In this document: positions 14,894 to 25,094 of the stretch, piece after piece
How positions within the stretch are numbered: the first letter of the stretch is position 1
Layout: the number at the start of each line of letters is the position of its first letter
Sequence record: OP352608
Length of the DNA stretch: 64,000 bases
Reading direction: 5' to 3' (one strand)
From: Escherichia phage vB_EcoM_SP13
Notes under the pieces: generated by a model
What the model was told of the DNA's origin: nothing
The model's database searches: none
Seen by the model: the letters and a program-made list of their open reading frames with translations, nothing else
Translations under genes and position numbers: made by a program

Positions 14894-15814
14894 ATGACGA
14901 TACCAATCAACACATTCCCTCTATCTGGACAAACTCCAGTCTTGCCTGCGGTGTATGCTAATGGCTTGGCAATTGTCTCAGAATTCACTTCTGATAAAAA
15001 CTTGATTGTTCCACTGAGCCCGCCGCTTTCATCAGGGTATAACTCAGTAGGCCAGTTCTTTATGATTGGCAATGATGGCGATTCGACCAGCAAGCCTAAT
15101 CTGACATTGTCTGTACCTAAGATGAACATCACCGACGTTCAAACTGGCTTGACTGCATCAACAATCACCATTGCTTTTGGAGAAGCAGTGATTATAGGAA
15201 TGGAGTCTGGAGGGTCCAAGAATGCTGTCGCCGTTAAGGTAGTCAAATCCAGCGACAACCAATACACTTTACCAGCTGCGACGGCTTCCGTTCTCGGCGG
15301 CGTCAAAATAGGAAGCGGAATAAGCGTCGCAGGTGACGGTACAATTAGCGTAACTCAATACTCATTGCCGATTGCGTCAGCATCTACTTTAGGCGGCGTA
15401 AAGGTCGGTACAACTCTATCAATTGATGGTTCCGGTGTGCTTAACGCAGCAGCAAGCACCGTCCAGAATGCCACGAACAGTGTTAGCAATCCTCCAACCA
15501 CTTTGGTTAATCTGGCAACCTTAAACCTTCCTGCAGGAAAGTGGCTTGTGACGGCAAGCCAATTGACCGTTGCAACTGCAGGCATTCAAGCGAATACCGG
15601 AATCACTGTAAAATTATCAACAAGCAATTCAGATATTACGGATGATGCATTTACCATGTCAGCGGGTATTCGGGCTTCAGGACGTTTTGGCGGTAACGTC
15701 CCAACAAAAATGATTACTCTTGCCGCGCCTGGTAATGTGTATCTAAACTATCAGTGCACCGATGCGTTAACATCTACCGTTTACGGACAGATCACCGCAA
15801 TTAAGCTGAACTAA
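14894..15814 (+). CDS. virion protein with phage-fibre-type repeats (head fibre or decoration candidate)
   Basis: Two copies of LP-x-A-(S/T)-AS-x-LGGVK-(I/V)-G; Ser/Thr/Gly/Asn-rich composition; GAGGT RBS. Confidence 0.5.
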   Translation: MTIPINTFPLSGQTPVLPAVYANGLAIVSEFTSDKNLIVPLSPPLSSGYNSVGQFFMIGNDGDSTSKPNLTLSVPKMNITDVQTGLTASTITIAFGEAVIIGMESGGSKNAVAVKVVKSSDNQYTLPAATASVLGGVKIGSGISVAGDGTISVTQYSLPIASASTLGGVKVGTTLSIDGSGVLNAAASTVQNATNSVSNPPTTLVNLATLNLPAGKWLVTASQLTVATAGIQANTGITVKLSTSNSDITDDAFTMSAGIRASGRFGGNVPTKMITLAAPGNVYLNYQCTDALTSTVYGQITAIKLN

Positions 15815-15824
15815 AGAGGAAGTT

Positions 15825-15962
15825 ATGCAAAAGATTATTCAGTCACGTTATGTTAAAGTGCGAAATATTAATTGCAACTCTTTGCTTTCTTGGAAATGGG
15901 CTGTTTATGACTCGATGTTGATTGGCGTTTTAGTGGCAGGAGTGCTATTTAATATTCACTGA
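15825..15962 (+). CDS. 45-aa peptide with C-terminal hydrophobic helix
   Basis: Not in the ORF track (under 60 aa); strong AAGAGGA RBS 5 nt before the ATG; MLIGVLVAGVLF segment. Confidence 0.4.
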   Translation: MQKIIQSRYVKVRNINCNSLLSWKWAVYDSMLIGVLVAGVLFNIH

Positions 15963-16004
15963 ATTCATCGGCAAAGGATTGCCGCGAGTTTTATACGTAT
16001 AATG

Positions 16005-16270
16005 ACGTATCATCCGTATCAAGTAAGTTGTTGTTTTCAAAAGAATCTTACGGATGATACGGATGATACGCGTTGCCGCCGTACTATATAGGAATTCAAA
16101 TAAATTAATTTAAAATTATATATCTAATTTAATTTTATTTTTTTATAAACTCTTATATATATGAAAAGTATCCGTATCATCCGTATCATCCGTAGCACAC
16201 CAGTGATAGCGCGGCTTATACACCGATACGGATAAAAATACGCCTCATTTTATCCGTATCATCCGTATCA
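16005..16270. repeat. Iteron cluster (9-bp unit ATCCGTATC, direct and inverted) flanking an 85-bp AT-rich tract; candidate origin of replication or other protein-binding locus
   Basis: 16005-16020 direct; 16049-16072 inverted 2.5 units; 16081-16165 almost pure A+T; 16169-16194 direct 2.8 units; 16224-16233 inverted; 16251-16270 direct 2.2 units. Confidence 0.7.
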
Positions 16271-16385
16271 CACTAATAAAGGCGCGGCTATATCGGTTGT
16301 TATACATATTCAAACCATAATTATTGTTTGCCTAAGTTTTTTTCATTAGATATAATACACAATACTTATTTGAGGGTGGATGCGA

Positions 16386-17801
16386 ATGCAAACGGCACGC
16401 GAAATTGACAAAAATGGATTCTTGACGATTATGGGTTGTCCGATTTCGTCATTTGGCATTTTTGATTATTCTGCTGGTCAAGTTGGTCTTGATGGTGATC
16501 CGAATCGCATCGTAAAAGTCTATCGCCCTGAGTCAGCGGTGAAAGACCCCGAAGCGATAGATTCATTCAAAAATATCCCTTTCATCGACAATCACGAAAT
16601 GCTTTCTGGATTTGAAGGTGATGAGGATAACACAGCACCCGAAGAGTATGGCGTTGATGGCGTTCTGACTGGCAATGTTTATTATGACAAGCCATGGATG
16701 CGCGGCGACCTTAAAGTGTTTAGCCGTCGTCTGAAGAAGGCCATTGATTCTGGAAAGGTTGACTTGTCTTTGGGCTATGACTGTGAATTCATCATACAGT
16801 CTGGAGAGTTTGACGGGCAGCCGTATGAAGTGGTGCAGACAACTCTTCGCGGCAACCACATTGCTCTCGTGGACGTTGGTCGAGTACCAGGTGCACGGGT
16901 GCTGGATGGTCGTTGCTTTGACCATCTTTGTTTGACGACTGTAACACCATCCAACGAGGATTTAGACATGCCAAAACCGTTAAAAGGTAAAGCGCGTGAT
17001 AATGCTGTTGAACAGCTGAAATCACTGATCCCTGCGCTCGAACAATTTCTGAACGAAGAGAGTACTGAAGCTGCTCATCAGGACGAAGTTGAAGTGAAAG
17101 CAGAAGAGAAGGACTCAACCGAAAATCGTGAAGAAGTAATGGTTGATCCAGAAGTCAAGGCAGAAGCAGAAGAAACCCCAGAAGGTGAAGAGAAGTTTGA
17201 AGTTGAAACTGAATCTCACGCTGGCGGCGAACTTCCGCAATTGATCAGCCAAATCGAAGCACTTATTGCAAAACTGAAAGGTGGCGCGGTAGGTGATGAA
17301 GAAGAAGTTGAAGCCGAAGTCAAAGACGAAGAAGAAGTTGAAGTCAAGGCTGAAGATGTATCACCTTGCGACAAAGCTGAAGATGTGGTTAGCGGCCTGC
17401 AAAACAGCAACGTAAAGGGGGCTTCGGTCGAAAAAGATGACAAACCGACAAAAGCGGCGAAAGCGTCGCCAGGTCCAGCAAAAGGGGAACACTCAATGGC
17501 ATCTGATTCAGCAGTTGCTGCTTTCTACGCTGATTCTGCTCGTAAGAATAGCCTCTACCAGCGCCTGTCTAAAGTTGTTGGTGCCTTTGATCATGCAACT
17601 ATGGACTCCAAGTCCGTAGCGAAATATGGCGCTAAAAAGTTAGGCTTGAAGTGCGTTGATGGTGCTGAGTTTGACGTGGTGGATAATTATCTGCGCGGCG
17701 TTGAGCACGGTCAGAAACAGCGTGTAGTCGCAAAACAAAAGGCCGCTGCGGATTCTGCAGCAACTGACGAAGCATTTGAAGCTTGGTTGAAAGGGGAATA
17801 A
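16386..17801 (+). CDS. capsid scaffolding-like protein (N-terminal domain of unknown function plus acidic coiled-coil-like region)
   Basis: Position before the capsid gene; Glu/Lys/Ala-rich central third with EEVEVK-type repeats; start moved to ATG 16386 after GAGGGTGG. Confidence 0.5.
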   Translation: MQTAREIDKNGFLTIMGCPISSFGIFDYSAGQVGLDGDPNRIVKVYRPESAVKDPEAIDSFKNIPFIDNHEMLSGFEGDEDNTAPEEYGVDGVLTGNVYYDKPWMRGDLKVFSRRLKKAIDSGKVDLSLGYDCEFIIQSGEFDGQPYEVVQTTLRGNHIALVDVGRVPGARVLDGRCFDHLCLTTVTPSNEDLDMPKPLKGKARDNAVEQLKSLIPALEQFLNEESTEAAHQDEVEVKAEEKDSTENREEVMVDPEVKAEAEETPEGEEKFEVETESHAGGELPQLISQIEALIAKLKGGAVGDEEEVEAEVKDEEEVEVKAEDVSPCDKAEDVVSGLQNSNVKGASVEKDDKPTKAAKASPGPAKGEHSMASDSAVAAFYADSARKNSLYQRLSKVVGAFDHATMDSKSVAKYGAKKLGLKCVDGAEFDVVDNYLRGVEHGQKQRVVAKQKAAADSAATDEAFEAWLKGE

Positions 17802-17803
17802 AC

Positions 17804-18421
17804 ATGACTTTCCAAACTAGTGTAGGCCGTCAATATACAACTGGCTTTCCTGGCGACATCGTTCGCGACGGCCCACAGCGTGGGAAGCCAGGCCGAATCG
17901 TTAGCGCCAACGACGGTGCAAACGTAAACGCCATCAGCCGTGTGTTTGGTTTTAAGGCTGACGTGTCATTAATGGGTACTGGCCAGACCAAAACCTTGGG
18001 CGCGCAGGACTTTGAAGTTGAACTGGGCGGCACCAATTACTATGGCATCCTTGGCAACAGCAAGCGTTACGCTCTGTATGGCAACTCTACTGGTCCTTTG
18101 GGTGCCAGCATGGTTCTGCCTCAATATAGCGAAGGCGAGTTCTACGATATGTGCACGGGCCTCGTAGTTGAAGTGTTCAACCCAAGCACCAGTCCGCAGA
18201 CGCTGAACTACGGCGACCTGCTCGCTTATGTACCTAAAGGCATTTCCAGCGGTAACAACCCGAACAACTTGCCTATCGGTGCAATTATCGCCTATACTGG
18301 CTCACTGCCAACTGGCATGGTTGCCATTCCAGGCGGTATCGTGATTGACCCGACTGCTATTGCCCTTTCCGGCCCAAGCGTCCAGTCTTCCACTTATACC
18401 ATTGTACAATTGACTCGTTAA
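17804..18421 (+). CDS. hypothetical head protein
   Basis: ORF trimmed to ATG 17804 with AAAGGGGA RBS; Gly/Thr-rich; between scaffold and major capsid genes. Confidence 0.5.
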   Translation: MTFQTSVGRQYTTGFPGDIVRDGPQRGKPGRIVSANDGANVNAISRVFGFKADVSLMGTGQTKTLGAQDFEVELGGTNYYGILGNSKRYALYGNSTGPLGASMVLPQYSEGEFYDMCTGLVVEVFNPSTSPQTLNYGDLLAYVPKGISSGNNPNNLPIGAIIAYTGSLPTGMVAIPGGIVIDPTAIALSGPSVQSSTYTIVQLTR

Positions 18422-18435
18422 TAGGCAGGTGAATA

Positions 18436-19575
18436 ATGACTCGCATTAGCCAAACACACTCTCGCCTCCCAGCGAGCAAGGTGCGCCCTTTTGATATGCA
18501 ATCTGTTACCGACGCGGCTGTTTCCCAGCTTGCTCGTATCGGTATTGTGTTTGATTCCGCGATTGTGCGTGATCAGATTGAGCACTTAAACCGTGCAGGC
18601 GCTTTCCGCGTAGGTGACGCCGCGTTCACTGCACCGCAGACTACTCCGTCAATCCCGACCCCGCTGCAGTTCCTGCAGCAGTGGCTGCCTGGCTTCGTCA
18701 AAATCATGACCGCTGCTCGTAAAATCGACGAGCTGGTTGGTATTGATACCGTTGGTCAGTGGGAAGATGCAGAAATCGTTCAGGGTATCGTTGAACCAGC
18801 TGGCACCGCAGTTGAATATGGTGATTTCACCTCTATTCCTCTGGCAAGCTGGAACGTAAACTTTGAACGTCGTTCTATCGTTCGTGGCGAAATGGGCATG
18901 GCAGTTGGTATGCTGGAAGAAGGCCGCGCGTCTGCTATGCGTCTGAACTCCGCAGAAACCAAGCGCCAGCAGGCTGCTGTATCTCTGGAAATCATGCGTA
19001 ACGCAATCGGCTTCTATGGCTGGTACAACGGGAACAACCGCACATTCGGCTTCCTGAATGATCCAAACCTGCCAGCGGCGATGACTTCCAACACCACTTC
19101 CGGCTGGGCTACTGCGACTTTCCAACAGGTAACTGCAGACATCCGTTTGATGGTTCGTCAAATTCGTGTGAACTCTCAGGACCAGATTGATCCAGAGAAA
19201 GTTGACATGACTCTGGCGCTGCCGACTAACTCTATCGATTGGCTGTCCAACACCACTGACTTCGGTATTTCTGTACGTGACTGGATCACCCAGACCTATC
19301 CGAAGATGAAGATCAAATCTGCACCGGAACTCAACGGCGCACTTGGCAGTGACCCGACTTTCTTGAACGTGGCATACCTGTACGCTGATCACATCGATTC
19401 CTCAATCGATGGTTCAAGCGATGATGGTTCCGTATTCAGTCAGCTGGTTCAAACCAAGTTCATGACTCTGGGCGTTGAAAAGCGTGCTAAGAGCTACGTT
19501 GAAGACTACGCAAACGCAACAGCAGGCGTTCTGCTCAAGCGTCCGTTCGCAGTCGTCCGTATGACTGGCATTTAA
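18436..19575 (+). CDS. major capsid protein
   Basis: 379 aa; AGGTGA RBS; codon usage biased toward CGT/CTG/GGT/AAC as in highly expressed genes; followed by a strong hairpin; no capsid motif verified. Confidence 0.7.
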   Translation: MTRISQTHSRLPASKVRPFDMQSVTDAAVSQLARIGIVFDSAIVRDQIEHLNRAGAFRVGDAAFTAPQTTPSIPTPLQFLQQWLPGFVKIMTAARKIDELVGIDTVGQWEDAEIVQGIVEPAGTAVEYGDFTSIPLASWNVNFERRSIVRGEMGMAVGMLEEGRASAMRLNSAETKRQQAAVSLEIMRNAIGFYGWYNGNNRTFGFLNDPNLPAAMTSNTTSGWATATFQQVTADIRLMVRQIRVNSQDQIDPEKVDMTLALPTNSIDWLSNTTDFGISVRDWITQTYPKMKIKSAPELNGALGSDPTFLNVAYLYADHIDSSIDGSSDDGSVFSQLVQTKFMTLGVEKRAKSYVEDYANATAGVLLKRPFAVVRMTGI

Positions 19576-19600
19576 TTGCTGTGATTACACAGTAAAACAC

Positions 19601-19630
19601 ATGGGGCGTGGTCGAAAGGCTTCGCCCCAT
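19601..19630 (+). terminator. stem-loop after the capsid gene (terminator or RNA-stability element)
   Basis: ATGGGGCG-14 nt-CGCCCCAT perfect 8-bp stem; no T-tract follows. Confidence 0.4.
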
Positions 19631-19690
19631 ATCAATAGACCTCAAGGGCTGTAGGGGCTTATCTGAGGCTTATATAAATAGGACTACAAA

Positions 19691-20155
19691 ATGTCAAAAT
19701 ACATCGTTTCAACTATGTCTATGTCAGTTAACTACACTTTCTATACGGAAGTGAAAGAAAACCCGAATGCAAAAGCTGGTTCAGGCGCTCTTCCAAATAT
19801 TCGCAAACAGATTCTAATCAAGGGCGGCGCTGGTCTTACTTCAGCAACTTCCGGCTTTGGTGAAATGGCAAAAGGCGCTGACGGTGCACCTTTGTGGACT
19901 CCTGAAGGAATCGTCACCGTTGTAAGCGATGCAGATTTTGAGCATCTGAAAGATCATCACGTGTTTAAGCAGCATCTTGAAAAAGGTTTGGTGAAAGTCG
20001 TAAATCACGACATTGTTGGCAATCACAAAGCCGTCGCTAAAGAAGTTCGCAGCATGTCAGACGACCCGTTTGCGCCTATGACGCGCGAAACTGCTGACAA
20101 GCGCATCAAGGTAAAATTGAGCGGCGACCAAGAAGATGATTTGTTCCGCGTTTAA
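19691..20155 (+). CDS. hypothetical virion protein
   Basis: ORF in the head-to-tail joining region. Confidence 0.5.
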   Translation: MSKYIVSTMSMSVNYTFYTEVKENPNAKAGSGALPNIRKQILIKGGAGLTSATSGFGEMAKGADGAPLWTPEGIVTVVSDADFEHLKDHHVFKQHLEKGLVKVVNHDIVGNHKAVAKEVRSMSDDPFAPMTRETADKRIKVKLSGDQEDDLFRV

Positions 20156-20169
20156 ATAAGGTGAATGCC

Positions 20170-20625
20170 ATGTCATTAGATTACGAAAAGTTCAGAATTA
20201 AATTTCCACAGTTTGCTGATCAGGTTAAATTCCCTGACACAACACTTCAAGTATTCTATGACATGGCATGTGAATTTATTGAATCACAAGACAGTCCTTG
20301 TCGTGTTTTAAATGGCAGTAAATTGGAGCTGGCATTGGAATATATGACGGCTCATCTTTTATGCATAGCCGCAGACCAACAAGTGTCTGTGTCTTCTGGT
20401 GACGGAGTTGAACAAGGCGGCTTCGTGACTGGCGCAACAATTGGTGACATCACAGTGAACAAAGTCGCGCCGCCTGCGAGTGATGGCTGGGAATACTGGC
20501 TATCAAGCACTCCATATGGCATGGCGCTGTGGGCGCTTCTTCAAGCACTGGCCGTTGGCGGCTTGTCATTCGGCGGTCTTCCAGAGCGTGAAGGATTCCG
20601 TAAAATTGGTGGGGTATTCTGGTGA
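20170..20625 (+). CDS. hypothetical head-tail joining protein
   Basis: ORF trimmed to ATG 20170 after AAGGTG. Confidence 0.5.
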   Translation: MSLDYEKFRIKFPQFADQVKFPDTTLQVFYDMACEFIESQDSPCRVLNGSKLELALEYMTAHLLCIAADQQVSVSSGDGVEQGGFVTGATIGDITVNKVAPPASDGWEYWLSSTPYGMALWALLQALAVGGLSFGGLPEREGFRKIGGVFW

Positions 20626-21008
20626 GGATTCCTGGCGTAAACTTATATCGAGTTGCGACAAAGGTTATCGGTCGCCAACCGATTCAATATTACATGTACA
20701 AGGGGCGCACCCTTGATAAGATGCGCAACTATGTCACTACATATGAAGAACCAATCACCTTACTTGCTTCGGTGCAGGCTGTACTTCGAAACCAATACGT
20801 TGAGCTTGGTTTAGAGCTTCAAAAGAACTATGTCAAAATCTGGGTGGACAAAGACATTGTTGACCTTGACCGCGACGCTTCCGGCGACTATTTTGTGTTT
20901 GGTGGCAAAACATACAAGATGGAAGATGAAACGACATGGTTTGACCAAGATGGTTGGACGTCTTGCCTTGCCGTGGAAGTAAAACAAAGCTTTCCAGTGT
21001 CTACTTGA
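20622..21008 (+). CDS. hypothetical head-tail joining protein
   Basis: GTG start overlapping the upstream stop (GGTGA). Confidence 0.45.
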   Translation: MRIPGVNLYRVATKVIGRQPIQYYMYKGRTLDKMRNYVTTYEEPITLLASVQAVLRNQYVELGLELQKNYVKIWVDKDIVDLDRDASGDYFVFGGKTYKMEDETTWFDQDGWTSCLAVEVKQSFPVST

Positions 21009-21015
21009 GGTGTAT

Positions 21016-21591
21016 ATGACAGATGTCGACCTGATTGACATGCTGGCAACGCGAATTGAAGAAGGTCTGGCGGCGTATAGTCGTGCAGACCTTTCTGCTG
21101 TTCCGGTCCAGAAAAAATACCAACCGACTCAACAGGGCATTCCGACTGGTGATCAGATTTGGTTTAACCTTTTATTCTCAGTCCCATTCGGTTGGTCAAT
21201 GAGAAAGAATGAATTTGTCAATGATGAATCTCAATTCGTTAATGGCAAATTTAAAGATATTGAAGATCAGATATACGCAACACGTTTTCAAATTAGCGGC
21301 TTATTTCCAGAAGTTCCTGGCAATCCAGAAAAGCCTACGGCTAATGACGTTTTGACTTATTTAGCAAGATTCATAACCCACAAGGCTAATTTGAGGGATT
21401 GGTTTAAAAGGCATCAAGCTTCAGTATATAGAGTCGACATGAACAACAATGAAAAGTTCTATGACGACATGTCTCAGTTTGAATCGTTTCCTTCTTTTGA
21501 TTTGGTAATCCTTCACAGAAACGCAATTTCAATTGACACGCCTGCTGTTGCAAGAGCTGTTAATAACGATTTAGGCGATATTCCGGTGTGA
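21016..21591 (+). CDS. hypothetical neck/tail completion protein
   Basis: GAGGTG RBS; synteny. Confidence 0.5.
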   Translation: MTDVDLIDMLATRIEEGLAAYSRADLSAVPVQKKYQPTQQGIPTGDQIWFNLLFSVPFGWSMRKNEFVNDESQFVNGKFKDIEDQIYATRFQISGLFPEVPGNPEKPTANDVLTYLARFITHKANLRDWFKRHQASVYRVDMNNNEKFYDDMSQFESFPSFDLVILHRNAISIDTPAVARAVNNDLGDIPV

Positions 21592-21592
21592 T

Positions 21593-22078
21593 ATGACAAA
21601 ATCAAAAATGATAGAAAAACAGATAAAGGCGCTTCAATCGATGAAGGGTCTTACTGTTGAAGCAGGATGGTTTGATTCTACCAGATACCCTTCAGAAACT
21701 GGTGGGGAAGGCATGTTGGTGTCAGAAGTCGCGCGACTGAATGAATTTGGTCACATAGCCGTTTTGAACTTTGGGCAAGGGCCAGTCAGGGTAGAAGTGC
21801 CACCCAGACCATTCATGAGATATGCCTATGAATTATTCGTTAGTGAGCGCAGTGAAATAGAGAATAAAATTGCTAAAAAGATTTTTTCCGGTAAAATAGA
21901 CGCTAGACAGGCATTAGGTCAGATTGGGCTTGCGATGGAAGCAAAGATTGTCGAATCAATTAAAAACGGACCTTGGCAAAGAAACGCCAGATATACCGTG
22001 CGTGTGAAAGGATTCGACAAACCTTTAATTCACAGCAGCCTTATGTGGCAATCTGTCAACAGCCAAGTCATTAAATAA
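21593..22078 (+). CDS. hypothetical virion morphogenesis/tail completion protein
   Basis: Synteny immediately upstream of the sheath gene. Confidence 0.45.
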   Translation: MTKSKMIEKQIKALQSMKGLTVEAGWFDSTRYPSETGGEGMLVSEVARLNEFGHIAVLNFGQGPVRVEVPPRPFMRYAYELFVSERSEIENKIAKKIFSGKIDARQALGQIGLAMEAKIVESIKNGPWQRNARYTVRVKGFDKPLIHSSLMWQSVNSQVIK

Positions 22079-22090
22079 GAGGACACCGAC

Positions 22091-23629
22091 GTGATCAGTC
22101 AATCTCGTTATATTAAAATTGTATCAGGGGTCGGAGCAGGCGCGGCTGTTGCAGTTCGCAAACTGTCGCTTCGCATCATGACTTCCAATACAGTTCTGCC
22201 GCCAGGCATTGTAGCAGAATTTTCAACTGCTGATGCCGTTGGATCATATTTCGGTTTTTCTTCCGAAGAATACAAGCGTGCAGCACTGTATTTCGGATTC
22301 ATCAGCAAGCAAATCAACTCGCCTGATTCAATCAGCTTTTCTCGCGTTGTATCCACGGCGATTCCTGCAATGGTTATCGGCGACACTGAGCCTAAAACGC
22401 TTGCTACTTTCCAGGCATTCACTGGCGCTATCTTAAGCATCACTTATGACGGCACAGACTACCTGACTGACGCCATCAACCTTTCAGCGGCAACAAGTCT
22501 TGCCAACGTAGCGGAACTTTTGGAAACGGCAATCAACACCAAGTTTGCAGCAGAAGGTGGCACGTCGGTGCCTGCACTTGCTGATGCAGAAGTGTATTGG
22601 AATGCCAACACCCAGCAGTTCACTTTGGAAGCCGCTCCGTCGACCGCTGGTGCTGGAAACCTTTCGATTAACGTCACAGGTCAACCGACAGACCCATCTC
22701 AGGCGCTTGGTTGGACGACTACTGGCACCGTTACGGTTGCTGGACAGGGTGTAGCAAGTCCGGTAGAAGCCATCGCGGCATCTGTGGAGATTTCCAACAA
22801 CTTTGGCTCATTCCTTTTCGCTGGAGCAGACCGAACGCTGGAAGAAATCACAGCCGTTGCAGCTTGGACTCACTCGCAGAACAACATGTACATGTATCTG
22901 TTCTCGACTGCATTCGCCAACATCGGCTCATACTATACCGCGTTGAAAGGTTACTCAGGCGTTGGTATGATGATCCGTGCAACTAACCTCGCGAATGATT
23001 ACATCGACCAGGCGCCTGCTGAAATTCTTGCGGCGACAAACTATAACACTGTAAATGCAACTCAAAACTACATGTATTATCAGTTTGAAACGCGAAATGT
23101 AACCGTATCGACTGATTCACGCGCAGATACTGCTGATCAAAACCGTGCAAACTATATCGGTGCGACTCAGCAAGCTGGTCAAACTCTCGCGTTCTTCCAG
23201 CGTGGTGTTCTGATGGGCGGGTCTACCGCAGCAGTTGACATGAACACTTATGCCAACGAGATGTGGCTTAAATCTGCTATCACTTCTCAGCTGTTCAGCA
23301 TGTTCTTGAATCTTGGTCGCGTGCCTGCAAACGAAGAAGGCAAAGCGACTGTCCAAGCCATGATTCAAGTTGCTGTTGACAATGCGAAGGTTAACGGCAC
23401 CATCTCTGTCGGTAAGGCGCTGACGGAAATTCAGAAACAGTACATCACGCAAACCTCCGGTGACAACACTGCTTGGCGGCAGGTTGAGACTATCGGTTAT
23501 TGGTTGACTGTCGATTTTGACACTGAAACCACTTCCGATAACCGCACCGAATACTATGCAACATACACGCTAATCTACTCTAAAGATGATGCTGTGCGTC
23601 GCGTTGAAGGTCGTGACGTTCTTATTTAA
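22091..23629 (+). CDS. tail sheath-like protein
   Basis: 512 aa; AAGAGGA RBS with GTG start; placed just before the tube-like genes and tape measure; Ala/Thr/Gly-rich composition. Confidence 0.55.
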   Translation: MISQSRYIKIVSGVGAGAAVAVRKLSLRIMTSNTVLPPGIVAEFSTADAVGSYFGFSSEEYKRAALYFGFISKQINSPDSISFSRVVSTAIPAMVIGDTEPKTLATFQAFTGAILSITYDGTDYLTDAINLSAATSLANVAELLETAINTKFAAEGGTSVPALADAEVYWNANTQQFTLEAAPSTAGAGNLSINVTGQPTDPSQALGWTTTGTVTVAGQGVASPVEAIAASVEISNNFGSFLFAGADRTLEEITAVAAWTHSQNNMYMYLFSTAFANIGSYYTALKGYSGVGMMIRATNLANDYIDQAPAEILAATNYNTVNATQNYMYYQFETRNVTVSTDSRADTADQNRANYIGATQQAGQTLAFFQRGVLMGGSTAAVDMNTYANEMWLKSAITSQLFSMFLNLGRVPANEEGKATVQAMIQVAVDNAKVNGTISVGKALTEIQKQYITQTSGDNTAWRQVETIGYWLTVDFDTETTSDNRTEYYATYTLIYSKDDAVRRVEGRDVLI

Positions 23630-23636
23630 ATAATTG

Positions 23637-23654
23637 CCGCCGTAAATGGCGGCC
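23637..23654 (+). terminator. stem-loop between sheath and tube genes (attenuator candidate)
   Basis: GCCGCC-gtaaat-GGCGGC; no T-tract. Confidence 0.35.
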
Positions 23655-23676
23655 ATCTCTCTGAGAGGAATCTGTA

Positions 23677-24144
23677 ATGATTAACGTTTCCGGTTTTGGC
23701 GCTTCGATTCGTTTGGTAGCATCAAACACTTTTCCGAATGGTGTGACTCTTTCTGATTTTGCAGATGATGCTGATCCGATTGACGCGCCGGACCTGCAAA
23801 TCTCTGAGGCTGCAATGGGCCTTAACGGTGACTTAGTAGTATGGAACCGTGCAAACCCGCTTGAAGTAGGTGTGAACATCATCCCTACTTCTGAAAGTGA
23901 TGTCAACTTGGACGTTCTTGCAGCTGCAAACCGCGTAGGCAAGCGTAAGAACTCTGCAAAAGACGTGATCACACTTGTGCTGACTTATCCTTCTGGAATG
24001 GTTATCACGCTAAACAAAGGCACCTTGACAACTGGTTCAGTAATTCCTGGCATCCAGTCTCAAGGTCGTGTGAAAACACGTCAATATCGCTTCAAGTTTG
24101 AGAACGTAGTCAAAACTGGCGTGAGCAACCAAGAGATTTTATAA
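23677..24144 (+). CDS. tail tube-like protein, paralog 1
   Basis: 155 aa directly after the sheath gene; N-terminus MINVSGFGASIRLVASNTFPNGV mirrors the 25095..25592 product. Confidence 0.5.
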   Translation: MINVSGFGASIRLVASNTFPNGVTLSDFADDADPIDAPDLQISEAAMGLNGDLVVWNRANPLEVGVNIIPTSESDVNLDVLAAANRVGKRKNSAKDVITLVLTYPSGMVITLNKGTLTTGSVIPGIQSQGRVKTRQYRFKFENVVKTGVSNQEIL

Positions 24145-24473
24145 TGTATCAAATACCACTTGACAGCGTACCTAACCAGAATATCAGCTTTAACGTTGAC
24201 GGTGCATATTGGCAGTTGCACATTTTTGCCGCTATCGAGCACATGTGCGCCGACGTATACCGCAACGGTGAACTTTTGATTCAAGGGGTGCGCTGTTTTG
24301 GTGGTATCCCAATGGTGCCTTATAAGTATCTCATGATTGGGTACGGTAATTTCATTTTCGACAGCGTACCTGATTATGAAAGTTTTAACTCTGGCGGCTG
24401 TAATCTATATTACATGTCAGAATCTGAGTTGGCTGAATTCCAGGCAACTGCTGAAGCGGAGTTTGCAATTTGA
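24144..24473 (+). CDS. hypothetical tail protein
   Basis: Start overlaps the upstream stop (TAATG). Confidence 0.5.
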   Translation: MYQIPLDSVPNQNISFNVDGAYWQLHIFAAIEHMCADVYRNGELLIQGVRCFGGIPMVPYKYLMIGYGNFIFDSVPDYESFNSGGCNLYYMSESELAEFQATAEAEFAI

Positions 24474-24826
24474 CAACTCTAACAATTGAAGTTAACGAAA
24501 ATAATGACCTTTTTCTGCCTGATGGAAGAAACTTAAATATTCTTTCAGGAGAAAAAGCGATGGTGCAAGTAATCAAGGCCGCGCACCAGATGCGACTTGG
24601 TGAAGACTTGTACGATATAGAAAACGGTGTCGATTATTTGGGGACCGTTTTCAAGTCGCCCGTTGACGAAGACGGTGCGCGAAAGTCGATTGCAGATGCT
24701 ATTCTGAAGAAAGCAGACGTTGCCGGAATCGACTCGTTGACTGTCACCATCCAAAACGGTATCCTTGGATTCACTGCAGAAGTGGTGACTATTTATGGCG
24801 AACGTATAAAGGTGAGTAATCAATAA
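24470..24826 (+). CDS. hypothetical tail protein
   Basis: ORF with overlapping start. Confidence 0.5.
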   Translation: MTTLTIEVNENNDLFLPDGRNLNILSGEKAMVQVIKAAHQMRLGEDLYDIENGVDYLGTVFKSPVDEDGARKSIADAILKKADVAGIDSLTVTIQNGILGFTAEVVTIYGERIKVSNQ

Positions 24827-25092
24827 TGGCACAAGTAATTCATTTTGCAAATGGCGTCATGAAATTTGGCGAAAAATTTGAAGACGCATCAGAGCTGTTT
24901 AATAAGAAGGTTGATCCTGTTGCAGAAATCAAAGAGCAGGTCGAAGAAAAATCCGTTGAACAAAAACTAGATTTTGATTCCATGAGCGTTTCAGAATTGA
25001 AGTCTTATGCTAAAGAAAATGGCATTGACATCAAGGGTCTTTCTTATAAGGATGAAATTCTTGCTGCAGTTAAATCTGCATCTGCGGAGTAA
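24826..25092 (+). CDS. small protein with C-terminal SAP/Rho-N-like helix-hairpin-helix motif
   Basis: SVSELKSYAKENGIDIKGLSYKDEILAAV resembles SAP-type motifs. Confidence 0.45.
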   Translation: MAQVIHFANGVMKFGEKFEDASELFNKKVDPVAEIKEQVEEKSVEQKLDFDSMSVSELKSYAKENGIDIKGLSYKDEILAAVKSASAE

Positions 25093-25094
25093 AC

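Noticed and set aside
15964-16330. Possible CRISPR array suggested by the short tandem repeats
   Set aside because: Repeat units are only 9 bp, occur in both orientations and are contiguous rather than separated by unique spacers of constant length
18649-19392. 247-aa minus-strand ORF inside the major capsid gene
   Set aside because: Antisense shadow ORF of a highly codon-biased gene; Arg/Cys/His-rich translation
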